A DNA stretch of 64,000 bases from an uncultured Rivularia sp. (lineage in GTDB: Bacteria > Cyanobacteriota > Cyanobacteriia > Cyanobacteriales > Nostocaceae), in contig OY762007.1 in assembly GCA_963665115.1 (NCBI GenBank), forward strand, positions 7,872,001 through 7,936,000, given 5' to 3'. The position numbers and the translations under genes are program-made. The notes under the pieces are model-generated. The model was not told the origin of the DNA and did not search any database. It worked only from the letters and a program-made list of their open reading frames with translations. Below, one piece after another: positions 1-9,021 of the stretch; the stretch's first letter is position 1; every line of letters begins with the position of its first letter.

Positions 1-1236
1 GTTGGAGAAGAAAATTTTATTTATGATTCAGATAACAAGCAGATAAAAAAAGCAATATCACCGGAAAATCTCCCCGGTTGCATCGTACATCCTCAAACTC
101 AAGAGCAGCTTGCTGAAGTTATAGCCGCAGCTTACCGCAACAAGTGGCGAATTTTACCTTGCGGTAACAGTAGTAAACTCAAATGGGGTAGTTTATCAAA
201 ACACATCGATGTAGTTGTTAGTACGCAGCGTCTCAACAAAATTATTACTCATGCTGTAGGTGACTTAACTATTACCGTAGAAGCAGGAGTTAAATTCGCC
301 GATATTCAAGCAACTTTAGCGAAACACAATCAAATACTTGCTCTTAACCCGACATCACCCGATTTAGCAACCATCGGCGGTATCATTGCTACTGGCGATA
401 CGGGTTCCTTACGACAGCGTTATGGTAGCGTCCGCGACCAACTGTTAGGCGTTACTTTCGTGCGTGCTGACGGTCAAATTGCTCGCGCTGGTGGCAAAGT
501 AGTCAAAAATGTTGCCGGTTACGACTTGATGAAATTATTTACTGGCTCCTACGGAACCTTAAGTATCATCACTGAAGCAACATTTCGGCTATATCCCATG
601 CAGTCAACTTCGGGAAGCGCAATTTTGACAGGTAGCAAAGAAGCTATATCCCAAGCAGCCGACACCATTCGTGGTTCCGCTTTAACACCTACCCAAGCCG
701 ATTTACTTTCCTCCCAACTAGTATCAAGTATGGGATTGGGTAAAGGATTGGGGTTAATTGTGCGCTTCGAGAGTATCCCCGAAAGCGTCGAAGAACAATT
801 AAACCAAGTTTTGCAAGTAGGAGAAAAATTAGGATTAACTGGCGTACAGTATTCCGACACAGAAGAACAAAACTTATGGCTATTATTGCCAGAACAAATA
901 CATTTACCCGAACAAGGATCGGAAATTACTTGCAAAATAGGAGTATTACCAAACGCTGCCGTAGAAGTTTTAGATCGAGCCGAGTTAGGTTTGATTAACA
1001 TATCTAGCGGCTTGGGAATATTGCGATTTGAAGATGAAAAAAAGGTGTTAGAAATGCGGAATTTATGCCAACAATACAGTGGTTTTCTATCTATATTATC
1101 AGCACCAATAGAAGTTAAACAAAAATTAGATGTTTGGGGTTACAGCGGTAATGGATTGGAGTTAATGCGAGCAATTAAAAAACAATTTGATGCCGAGAAT
1201 ATTTTAAGCCCAGGGAGATTTGTGGGAGGAATTTGA
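1..1236 (+). CDS. glcE: Glycolate oxidase FAD-binding subunit (5'-partial, starts before the window)
   Basis: Frame +1 is open from base 1 (…GCIVHPQTQEQLAEV…HAVGDLTITVEAG…ATIGG…GGKVVKNVAGYDLMKL…FDAENILSPGRF); FAD-binding PCMH-type motifs; directly upstream of glcF. Confidence 0.85.
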   Translation, partial: VGEENFIYDSDNKQIKKAISPENLPGCIVHPQTQEQLAEVIAAAYRNKWRILPCGNSSKLKWGSLSKHIDVVVSTQRLNKIITHAVGDLTITVEAGVKFADIQATLAKHNQILALNPTSPDLATIGGIIATGDTGSLRQRYGSVRDQLLGVTFVRADGQIARAGGKVVKNVAGYDLMKLFTGSYGTLSIITEATFRLYPMQSTSGSAILTGSKEAISQAADTIRGSALTPTQADLLSSQLVSSMGLGKGLGLIVRFESIPESVEEQLNQVLQVGEKLGLTGVQYSDTEEQNLWLLLPEQIHLPEQGSEITCKIGVLPNAAVEVLDRAELGLINISSGLGILRFEDEKKVLEMRNLCQQYSGFLSILSAPIEVKQKLDVWGYSGNGLELMRAIKKQFDAENILSPGRFVGGI

Positions 1237-1328
1237 GGAGAGATGGGAAGAGGGGGAGACAAGGGGAAGGTAGGGATTTGAGGAGAGATGGGCAGAGGGG
1301 GAGACAAGGGGACAAGGGGAAGGTAGGG
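1231..1328. repeat. Tandem duplication of a ~45-bp G-rich unit overlapping the glcE stop
   Basis: ATTTGAGGAGAGATGGG(A/C)AGAGGGGGAGACAAGGGG..AAGGTAGGG starts at 1231 and again at 1276. Confidence 0.85.
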
Positions 1329-1347
1329 AGCAAGATGCTCCCACTAC
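1326..1347 (-). repeat. GTAG-hairpin (REP/SDR-like) family A, GTAGTG(G/C)GAGCATCTTGCTC(C/G)C; other copies at 10077, 17366, 31168, 32704, 47362, 48801, 54380, 61724, 62079, 63568-63620
   Basis: Near-identical ~22-bp palindromes read directly, each preceded by GTAG (GTGG at 54380). Confidence 0.9.
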
Positions 1348-1414
1348 CAATTACCAATGCCCAATGCCCAATCCCCAATTACCAATTACCAATTACCAAT
1401 TACCAATTACCAAT
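1347..1414. repeat. Heptamer tandem repeats (CCAATTA/CCAATGC/CCAATCC), cyanobacterial STRR type
   Basis: Visible array; it inflates the N-terminus of the ORF-track glcF. Confidence 0.9.
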
Positions 1415-1421
1415 ACTTATT

Positions 1422-2771
1422 ATGCAGATTTCAGAAAACAACGAAAACAAGATTGCTTCTTTGGAAAATATAAATGGTTTTGATGGGAATCATCCGCCGG
1501 AGGCAAAGTTAATTGATAGCTGCGTGCATTGTGGTTTTTGTCTTTCTACTTGTCCGAGTTACAGGGTAATCGGTAAGGAAATGGATTCTCCACGAGGAAG
1601 AATTTATTTGATGGATGCTATTAATGAAGGTCAAATTGATTTAAATACGGCGACTACCGAACATTTTGATAGTTGCTTGGGCTGTTTGGCTTGTGTGACT
1701 ACTTGCCCTTCTGGGGTGGAATACGACAAGTTAATTAACGCGACTCGTCACCAAGTTGCTCGTAATTATTCCCGCAGTTTACCAGATAAGTTATTTCGGC
1801 AATTAATTTTTTCGCTATTTCCTTATCCCCAAAGATTGCGTTTTCTATTAGTGCCATTACTTATCTATCAAAAGTTAGGTTTACCAAAGTTAATTCGTGC
1901 TACTGGCTTACTTGAAAAGATATCTCCCCGCTTGGCTGCAATGGAATCTATTCTTCCAGAAGTTACTGGCAAATCTTTTCGAGATAATTACCCTACGGTG
2001 ATTCCGGCGCAAAATGAAAAACGTTACCGCGTGGGAGTAATATTAGGATGCGTGCAGCGGTTATTTTTCTCACCCGTGAATGAAGCCACCGTGCGAGTCT
2101 TAACCGCAAATGGTTGCGAAGTTGTAATTCCCAAATCTCAAGGTTGTTGTGCTGCACTTCCCGAACATCAGGGGCAAGCCGCACAAGCGCAAGCTTTGGC
2201 GAAGCAGATGATTGATAGTTTTGCAGATATGGATGTTGAATATGTAATCATTAATGCTGCTGGTTGCGGTCATACTTTGAAGGAATACGGTCATATTTTA
2301 GAGAATGACCCGGAATATAAGGATAAAGCAATAGAATTTGCCAATAAAGTCAAAGATTCACAAGAATTTTTAGCAATGGTAGGTTTAACCGCGAAATTGT
2401 CGCCTTTAACAGAAGAACCGCTGACAATGGTTTATCAAGATGCGTGTCATTTATTGCACGGACAAAAAATCAGCGTCCAACCCCGTCAATTATTAAAGCA
2501 GATTCCCAACATTAAATTACGCGAACCTTTAGATGCGGCTTTGTGTTGCGGTAGTGCGGGGGTTTACAATATGCTGCAACCGGAAGTAGCCGAGGAATTG
2601 GGAGAGCAAAAAGCTAGGAATTTGTTAAATACTGGTGCTTCGATGATTGCTTCGCCGAATCCTGGATGTAGTTTGCAGATTAGCAAGCATTTGGAGAAGC
2701 AGGGTAAGGAAATGAAGGTGATGCATCCGATGGAATTGTTGGATTATGCGATAAGAGGAGTGAAAATGTAG
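1422..2771 (+). CDS. glcF: Glycolate oxidase iron-sulfur subunit
   Basis: Two CxxCxxCxxxCP motifs (CVHCGFCLSTCP, CLGCLACVTTCP) and CCG domains (GCCAA, LCCGSAG). Start placed at MQISE; the upstream in-frame part is repeat-derived. Confidence 0.9.
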   Translation: MQISENNENKIASLENINGFDGNHPPEAKLIDSCVHCGFCLSTCPSYRVIGKEMDSPRGRIYLMDAINEGQIDLNTATTEHFDSCLGCLACVTTCPSGVEYDKLINATRHQVARNYSRSLPDKLFRQLIFSLFPYPQRLRFLLVPLLIYQKLGLPKLIRATGLLEKISPRLAAMESILPEVTGKSFRDNYPTVIPAQNEKRYRVGVILGCVQRLFFSPVNEATVRVLTANGCEVVIPKSQGCCAALPEHQGQAAQAQALAKQMIDSFADMDVEYVIINAAGCGHTLKEYGHILENDPEYKDKAIEFANKVKDSQEFLAMVGLTAKLSPLTEEPLTMVYQDACHLLHGQKISVQPRQLLKQIPNIKLREPLDAALCCGSAGVYNMLQPEVAEELGEQKARNLLNTGASMIASPNPGCSLQISKHLEKQGKEMKVMHPMELLDYAIRGVKM

Positions 2772-2839
2772 TCTCCCCGCAGATTAGTTACCGATCAATT
2801 GCATAAATTTTGAGTGATTTGTTTTCTTTCAAAAGTCGG

Positions 2840-2865
2840 GAGACGTAGCACTGCTACGTCTCTAC
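2840..2865 (-). repeat. GTAG-hairpin family B, GTAGAGACGTAGCAnTGCTACGTCTC; other copies at 9008, 33040, 47474, 63513; diverged copies at 36196, 43905
   Basis: Identical or near-identical 26-bp palindromes read directly. Confidence 0.9.
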
Positions 2866-2942
2866 ACCGATATAGCTTTGTTTAAAGGTAAAGGTAATTT
2901 AATTATTGTGCAGTATTAAGCTCCTTAATTAGCAACAAATTC

Positions 2943-3731
2943 ATGAAAAGCATTATTAGAAAAGCTGTTACCCTACTCACGGTATACTACGCCTACATGG
3001 TAGAATATCGCGCCGAACTAATATTATGGGTGTTGACTGGTTCGTTACCTATAATCATGATGGGAGTTTGGACTGAAGCAGCAGAAGGAGGACAATTTGG
3101 TTTATCTCCAACACAATTCGCTCGTTATTTTCTTGCTGTATTTTTAGTTAGACAGTTAACAGTTGTTTGGGTAATTTGGGAATTTGAAAGAGAAGTTGTA
3201 GAAGGAAAACTTTCACCGCGTTTGTTACAGCCTTTAGATCCAGTATGGTATCATGTCTCTTCTCATCTTTCAGAAAGAGTTGCTCGGATACCCTTTGCAA
3301 TATTTTTGATAATTTTATTTTTTGCACTTTATCCCCAAGCTTTTTGGATACCAAGTTTCACTCAAATAATATTATTTTTCCTAGCTTCAGCAATGGCATT
3401 TGCTCTCCGCTTCATTATTCAGTATACCTTTGCCATGTTCGCATTTTGGACGGAAAGAGCATATGCTTTACATGATTTTTGGTTTTTATTCTATCTATTT
3501 CTATCGGGAACAATTGCACCATTAGAAGTATTTCCCGAACAGGTAAGACAGATAGTATTACTAACACCATTCCCTTACTTAATTAACTTTCCTGTCAGTA
3601 TTTTAGTCGGTTTAACAGCCGATATTCCCAGAGGATTTTTAACAACCGCAGGCTGGTTTATCTTATTTCTAGGAATTAATAGAATTATGTGGAGACAAGG
3701 ATTGAAAAAGTATTCCGGAATGGGAGCGTGA
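2943..3731 (+). CDS. ABC-2 type exporter permease (DUF990 / viologen-exporter EvrB/C-like)
   Basis: About six hydrophobic segments; motifs EYRAE, G.LS..LL.P, FLSG.IAPLEVFP, LTPFPY, KKYSGMGA. Confidence 0.8.
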   Translation: MKSIIRKAVTLLTVYYAYMVEYRAELILWVLTGSLPIIMMGVWTEAAEGGQFGLSPTQFARYFLAVFLVRQLTVVWVIWEFEREVVEGKLSPRLLQPLDPVWYHVSSHLSERVARIPFAIFLIILFFALYPQAFWIPSFTQIILFFLASAMAFALRFIIQYTFAMFAFWTERAYALHDFWFLFYLFLSGTIAPLEVFPEQVRQIVLLTPFPYLINFPVSILVGLTADIPRGFLTTAGWFILFLGINRIMWRQGLKKYSGMGA

Positions 3732-3796
3732 ACAGTGAGCAGTTATTTTATTACACCTTTAACCTTTAACCTTTAACCTTTAACCTTATTTACTCC

Positions 3797-4633
3797 TCAC
3801 TGATTCAAAAATTCCCCAACCTTCTGATTAAACGCTTCCGGTTGCGTCATAAAACACCAATGATTTCCAGGTAGTTGAGATATTTGCAAGTTTTTCAAAT
3901 AGGTTTTATAAGGCTTTAATTGCCAATTTTGACGATTAACTCCTTTTTCTGGCTGTACGAAGAGTGTAGGAATATCCACTGACTCTGTTAAACCGGGTAC
4001 CTGCATAACTTCATCGAAAATACCGTCTCGTGCAGCTATTGTAAATTTACTTCCCCAAGTGCGATCGCCTTTTTGTTCTATACTGGCTTGAAAAACTTGT
4101 TGTTGTAAAAGCGTCCAGTCTTGATATTGATTTAACTGACGTGCTTGTTTTTCGGCTGATTCGTAATTTTCAAATGGCCCCATTCCCTTAAGAAACGGTA
4201 AGACGCGGTATAAAAGAGGAAAACTAAACTTGAAAAAATTGGGCATTTTCCAGATAAAAATCGGATCTACCAACACCATACTTTTCAAACGTTGCGGATT
4301 TTTGGTTGCCCAAATACAGGCTAATTTACCACTCCAAGAATGTCCGATAACATGAGTACTTTCCCATCCCAAATTATCCATCAAAGCTTCTAAATCTCTG
4401 ATGGTGCTAGTAAAAGTATAGTCCGAATCTGGTTTACTACTTTCACCATGACCGCGCATATCTGGAGCAATTATATGGTAATCTGCTGCTAGGCGATCGC
4501 CCAAACTCGACCAAACAAGCGCATTGTCAGCTAAACCGTGGAGTAATAATAAAGGTTCTTTCCCTTGATTCCATTCTAAGTAAGAAAGTTGAATATCGGG
4601 TAAAGATAAAGTTTTACGAGCAAACATAGTCAA
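3797..4633 (-). CDS. Alpha/beta fold hydrolase
   Basis: LLLHG, DMRGHGES, nucleophile elbow GHSWSG, C-terminal GNH. Confidence 0.85.
   Translation of the reverse strand: MTMFARKTLSLPDIQLSYLEWNQGKEPLLLLHGLADNALVWSSLGDRLAADYHIIAPDMRGHGESSKPDSDYTFTSTIRDLEALMDNLGWESTHVIGHSWSGKLACIWATKNPQRLKSMVLVDPIFIWKMPNFFKFSFPLLYRVLPFLKGMGPFENYESAEKQARQLNQYQDWTLLQQQVFQASIEQKGDRTWGSKFTIAARDGIFDEVMQVPGLTESVDIPTLFVQPEKGVNRQNWQLKPYKTYLKNLQISQLPGNHWCFMTQPEAFNQKVGEFLNQ
4061..4068. repeat. HIP1 octamer GCGATCGC (representative; also 4493, 12180, 16173, 18923, 20008, 29469, 32082, 32892, 39071, 40607, 44878, 48379, 50998, 52804, 54856, 56926, 57554, 60530)
   Basis: At least 19 copies counted by eye in AT-rich DNA; a cyanobacterial hallmark. 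Confidence 0.9.
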
Positions 4634-4679
4634 TTATCAGTTATCAGTTATCAACGATCAATTATCAGTTATTCGTTGG

Positions 4680-5048
4680 TTAATTATTGTTCATTGATAA
4701 TAAATTTTCTTTTCTATCTACTACCATACGCCGAGTTTCTAACCAAGGTAAACCAATTAATATTTCGCTAATTTCTTCTCCACCTAATGCAGGAATTGTT
4801 AATTCTTGATTATCAAATACCACAGTACCTTGGTAAAAATAAAAATCTCCTAATCCTTTTGCCGTCTGCCTTTTTTGTTCTCGAATAAATGTCCATTCTA
4901 AACATTCTATATCTTGAACGTTCATTACCAACCAGTCAGTACATCCAGTATCAAGTAAAGCATTTTCTATTAAATCGGAACCATCGGCAGCTATTAAACT
5001 AATTTCAAAAAACAATTCTCCATTTTTACCAAAAATACCTTGAATCAT
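4680..5048 (-). CDS. Clan AA (retropepsin-like) aspartyl protease
   Basis: ALLDTG catalytic motif and C-terminal ILIG; 122 aa single domain. Confidence 0.75.
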   Translation of the reverse strand: MIQGIFGKNGELFFEISLIAADGSDLIENALLDTGCTDWLVMNVQDIECLEWTFIREQKRQTAKGLGDFYFYQGTVVFDNQELTIPALGGEEISEILIGLPWLETRRMVVDRKENLLSMNNN

Positions 5049-5389
5049 ATTCTGCCGACAGCCCCGGTTTCATTTAGACGCATTTCCATAATTCTGGCAT
5101 CGGGATGTTTTTCCCGAATTTTTTGAAAAGCAGTTTCGGCATCAGAATCTATAACATATTCTCCACTTTTTGGCTCAATCATAATCGCCCAATTGTAATG
5201 ATTTTTAATTAAATCGGGGCTAACTCGTTCAAAAATCTCTTTACAGCGCCGAGAGAATGCTTCTTTCTGGGCATTATGTCTGGCTTTCTCCTCTTCACTA
5301 AGCTGCGGGCGCTTATATTTTCCATGCTCTTCGAGTACTTCAAATATTCTTTTACCGCGAGGTACTCTTATATGCAGTTTGTCTGTCAT
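5045..5389 (-). CDS. Small hypothetical protein (DUF5678-like C-terminus), translationally coupled to the aspartyl protease
   Basis: 4-bp ATGA overlap; motif HYNWAIMIEPKSGEYVID…GAVGRI. Confidence 0.65.
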   Translation of the reverse strand: MTDKLHIRVPRGKRIFEVLEEHGKYKRPQLSEEEKARHNAQKEAFSRRCKEIFERVSPDLIKNHYNWAIMIEPKSGEYVIDSDAETAFQKIREKHPDARIMEMRLNETGAVGRI

Positions 5390-5527
5390 CGTTAAAAATT
5401 TTATTTCTTAAATCCAATCACTTTATTTTACAATAGACACTAATTTAATAACATTTAATTAATTTTTCTCTATTTAATCTACTACGATCAATATTTAATC
5501 GTAACATCTAGTAAATTACACTTATTA

Positions 5528-5971
5528 ATGGCGAATCAAAATAGAGACAGTCGCCTCCGCGAACATCTAGCAAACGAACGCACCTTTCTAGCGTGGTTGC
5601 GAACATCAATTTCTTTAATTGGCTTTGGTTTAGCAATTGCTAGATTTAGCTTGTTTTTAACTCAATTACAAACTGATACTGCTCGTCAAACAGTAGAAAA
5701 TAATTCTGTTTTTAATTCCGAAAATTTAGGATTAAGTTTGGTGATTGTTGGTATTATAGTTATTGCTTTAGCAGCTTGGCGTTACAATCGGGTATTTCGG
5801 CAAATTGAACGAGCATATTACCGACCAAGCCGTATATTTATTTGGTTTTTAAGTATTATTATAATGCTGCTTGGGATATTAAGTATTCCCTTACTTTTAG
5901 CTCGTGAAAATTCAATTTATCCTAACAAAAAACTCAATAAACCTCTATCTGGTAATATCGATAAAAACTGA
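5528..5971 (+). CDS. YidH/DUF202 membrane protein
   Basis: Signature REHLANERTFLAWLRTSISLIGFG; three TM segments. Confidence 0.9.
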   Translation: MANQNRDSRLREHLANERTFLAWLRTSISLIGFGLAIARFSLFLTQLQTDTARQTVENNSVFNSENLGLSLVIVGIIVIALAAWRYNRVFRQIERAYYRPSRIFIWFLSIIIMLLGILSIPLLLARENSIYPNKKLNKPLSGNIDKN

Positions 5972-6034
5972 GAGTAAACACGGATAAAAAAAATCACATT
6001 TGTCATCAAGGAAGCTTTTTCGTCTTTTCTCTTA

Positions 6035-6325
6035 AACCGGATTACAACTATCGATTTACTTAAAACCGAGAATCAGCAAACAGCATCCTACGACGGAATT
6101 TTGAATGGTGGAAGTTTGATATCTTCCTTCATGATTGTCGATGCAACCTTAAACGAAGCAATCAACGGTGAAGCAGATGTTTACTTCTCGCAATTAGGAG
6201 CAAACCCTGATAGTCTAGATAGCGTTAAATTGTTGGGTGATAACATCTTTGGGTTTGAAGATTCGGGGATTGGTGGGGATTTTGATTATAACGATGCGAT
6301 TATTAAGATGGATTTTGGGGTTTGA
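6035..6325 (+). pseudogene. Orphan C-terminal DUF4114-like fragment of a large extracellular protein
   Basis: VYFSQLGANPD…LLGDNIFGFED…GGDFDYND motif. The frame is open upstream to a stop at ~5975 with no convincing start. Confidence 0.6.
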
Positions 6326-6443
6326 TACTAAATTATGAATCGTTGTCACAATTGCCCGCACCCTTATAGGGTGTCGGCAAGTTAAGCGGTGTCAAAATGG
6401 CACCATTAAGCTAAAATAAAACAACATCATATTCCTTCTATAT

Positions 6444-6731
6444 ATGCCTAACAGCCAAGAAAATACAGTACGAGTAACAGCAAGAATTCCTGAGAGCATT
6501 CAACAAACTCTACAAAAAGCAGCAGAATTATCAGGTGCTACTTTGAATCAGTTTATGATTCAGGCAGCATTGAAAGAAGCAAAAAAAATTATTGAAGATG
6601 AAGGATTGATCGTTTTATCGGAAATTGATGCTGATAAGGTATTTAATTTGATTGAAAATCCTCCTGCACCCAACGGAAATTTAAAAGCAGCAAGAAAGAA
6701 ACACGAGGAATTCTTTAGTGAAAATAGTTGA
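6444..6731 (+). CDS. DUF1778 RHH antitoxin (TacA/AtaR-like)
   Basis: RVTARIP…LQKAAELSGATLNQFMIQAAL…LIENPPAPN; overlaps the GNAT gene. Confidence 0.9.
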   Translation: MPNSQENTVRVTARIPESIQQTLQKAAELSGATLNQFMIQAALKEAKKIIEDEGLIVLSEIDADKVFNLIENPPAPNGNLKAARKKHEEFFSENS

Positions 6732-7215
6732 GTTATTAGATAAAAGTCATAATCGCAACAGCTTTGACTGTGGTAATGAAGCGCTTAATAAATTTCTTAA
6801 GCAAACAGCGAGACAACATATTCAAAAAGGTATTTCCCGTACTTTTGTCCTTGTTGATACAGATAAAGCAGAGATAATTATGAGTTTTTTTACCTTAACT
6901 TTGTGTGAAGTACGTGTAGAAAAACTCCCATCCAATTTTGCGAAAAAATATCCATCCAAAGTTCCCGGTGTTAAGCTGGCAAGACTTGCTGTTAATGAGC
7001 TATATCAACGACAAGGTATTGGTGAGATAATGATGATTGAGGCAATGCAGCGTGCTTTGATAGTTGCAGAGAATGCAGGGGGAATTGGTTTATTTGTAGA
7101 CGCAAAAGACGAAGCAGCAAAAACTTATTATTCACGTTATGGTTTTGTCAGTCTGGAAGATGCGTTTTTAGAAATGTTTTTGCCGCTGTCCACTATTATG
7201 CAAATGTTTGAGTAA
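6718..7215 (+). CDS. GNAT acetyltransferase toxin (TacT/AtaT-like)
   Basis: FDCGNEALNKFL, LARLAV…YQRQGIG, VDAKDEAAKTYY.RYGF; coupled to DUF1778. Confidence 0.9.
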   Translation: MKIVELLDKSHNRNSFDCGNEALNKFLKQTARQHIQKGISRTFVLVDTDKAEIIMSFFTLTLCEVRVEKLPSNFAKKYPSKVPGVKLARLAVNELYQRQGIGEIMMIEAMQRALIVAENAGGIGLFVDAKDEAAKTYYSRYGFVSLEDAFLEMFLPLSTIMQMFE

Positions 7216-7350
7216 TTGTTATTTGAAGGAAATGTAATTCCCCGTCTCTCAGCTAAACTCGTCTGAGGACTACATGATATTTTGAGCCATTTCTGAGAAT
7301 AGTAGGTAGATTAAATAGAACGATAGTAAAAGCAAACTATTCTTTCTTCT

Positions 7351-7974
7351 TTAATTACTTTGTATTTTACCAAGTGCTTCAGAAATTAAGGCTTTAGCAC
7401 GTTTCTCTCCTTCTATTGTTAAATACCATGCTGAAGGAGTTTTTATTGTATTTTCTGAAATTAGAGCTGGCTTTTCACCTTTTGCTTTACCTAGATCGCG
7501 ATTAATTTGACCTGTTCTAATTTCTCCTGATTGTCGAAAGTGTTTATTAAAAGTTGCCGAAATCATTCTTCCTGATATTTCAGAAATTGCGGTTTCCTTC
7601 AAAACTACATAAAGAAGCCAAATTGACTTTTTAATAGTAGACCAACTCTGCTGAGGATTTCCCCATTTTGATGAGTTGTGCTTCCAATCAACTGCTGTTT
7701 CCTTTGATTTTACATTAGAAATTGAACTAGTCGATTTTTGAGAAGGTTGCCGAATAGAGCTTTTCCTCCTAGTTTTAGGTTTTTCCTCAGATGAAAGTTG
7801 AGGTAAATCATAGTTTTCAGTTATTTCACCTTGAACAATATCTGACGCTGGAGCAAGTAAACCAGATACCTGTTGTCCTAATGCTTGAGTTATTAACGGT
7901 ACATCTTCACGATTACCTTCAATTTCTAATTCTAATTTTTCTACCTTGAACTTTATTTTGAATTTACTACCCAT
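7351..7974 (-). CDS. Hypothetical protein, possible C-terminal winged helix
   Basis: 207-aa ORF: N-terminal beta-hairpin (KIKFKVEKLELEIEG), low-complexity linker, WYLTIEGEKRAK wing-like end. Confidence 0.6.
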   Translation of the reverse strand: MGSKFKIKFKVEKLELEIEGNREDVPLITQALGQQVSGLLAPASDIVQGEITENYDLPQLSSEEKPKTRRKSSIRQPSQKSTSSISNVKSKETAVDWKHNSSKWGNPQQSWSTIKKSIWLLYVVLKETAISEISGRMISATFNKHFRQSGEIRTGQINRDLGKAKGEKPALISENTIKTPSAWYLTIEGEKRAKALISEALGKIQSN

Positions 7975-8313
7975 CTTTTTTTGTTTTAAATATTACCTTG
8001 CCAAGTATAATTATCAAACGCATATATTTATACTACAAATATTACTACAGGATGTACGGATTAACCTACCTTACAGATTTAAAATATTTTATACGAATAA
8101 GAAATAATGTATAGTAACAACAATAGAAAAATTAGATAAAAGCATAGTCTGCCTTAAATGTCATATTTAATTTTAAAACGACTAGGATAAAAAAATATAT
8201 AAGATGAATCTAAAAGTTTTCAAATATACAAAATACTAAAATTTTATATTGTTCAATTCAATCTACAATGCGGTCAAAATTTTTCCAAGGTAAGCCCCTA
8301 TTCTCTAAATTAA

Positions 8314-8916
8314 TCAACCTTCCTTAACCATCCACACCAAAAAACTAACAATTTGCTCAACCGGAGGAAGCGAATAATCCATCAAATCAATAGTTACGGT
8401 TTGCCCTTCCAACTTCAAAAATCGCCATTGTGTTCCACTACTTACACAACCGTAAATAGTATCAATTAATTTTCCTCTCGCTTCATTAAATCGTTGTGCG
8501 GCTACCATTTCTGAAATACATTGTCCAATTCCAGATTTTAAGTCTGATTTTTTTGCTTCTACAATTACAATTGCAGGTGCTTCTACAGTTAATTGTTCGG
8601 GGGAACGACTAATTAAGAAATCACATACTCCATTTAAACCAACGCTCGCATCTATATTAAATTCTTCACCCGAAAAAACGCTAATTTCTTTATTTAAAAT
8701 TCGTCGTACTTCCAAAAGTACCGGATTTATAATAACTTCCGAACGCGCTTTTTCTGTATCTACTGCAATAGCCCAAGGTAAATCTTCTAAAATACCTTGT
8801 AATCTTGAGCTAGGAGGGATCAGTTCAAGCGAATCTGGTAAAAAACGCACTCCTTCAACAGTTTTTAAACCAAAATCTTGTTTAACTTTGTCAATGGTAA
8901 ATTGACTGTAAGACAT
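8314..8916 (-). CDS. PD-(D/E)xK fold protein (HsdR N-terminal-like cyanobacterial family)
   Basis: EKARSE.II.P, GVCDFL, VEAKK, GQCISEM, SSGTQWRFL. Confidence 0.7.
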   Translation of the reverse strand: MSYSQFTIDKVKQDFGLKTVEGVRFLPDSLELIPPSSRLQGILEDLPWAIAVDTEKARSEVIINPVLLEVRRILNKEISVFSGEEFNIDASVGLNGVCDFLISRSPEQLTVEAPAIVIVEAKKSDLKSGIGQCISEMVAAQRFNEARGKLIDTIYGCVSSGTQWRFLKLEGQTVTIDLMDYSLPPVEQIVSFLVWMVKEG

Positions 8917-9021
8917 GGGAATTACCTAGCTTTATGCAGTTAGTAGCGATTGATGACTCAATTATATTACGTTGTTATAATTTGTTCGTTTATATTCACA
9001 ATTTTGGGAGACGTAGCACTG

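Noticed and set aside
1233..1421. N-terminal extension of GlcF (also of the methyltransferase at 37983 and Gap1 at 58715)
   Set aside because: Repeat-derived sequence that happens to be in frame; downstream ATGs match the expected protein starts.
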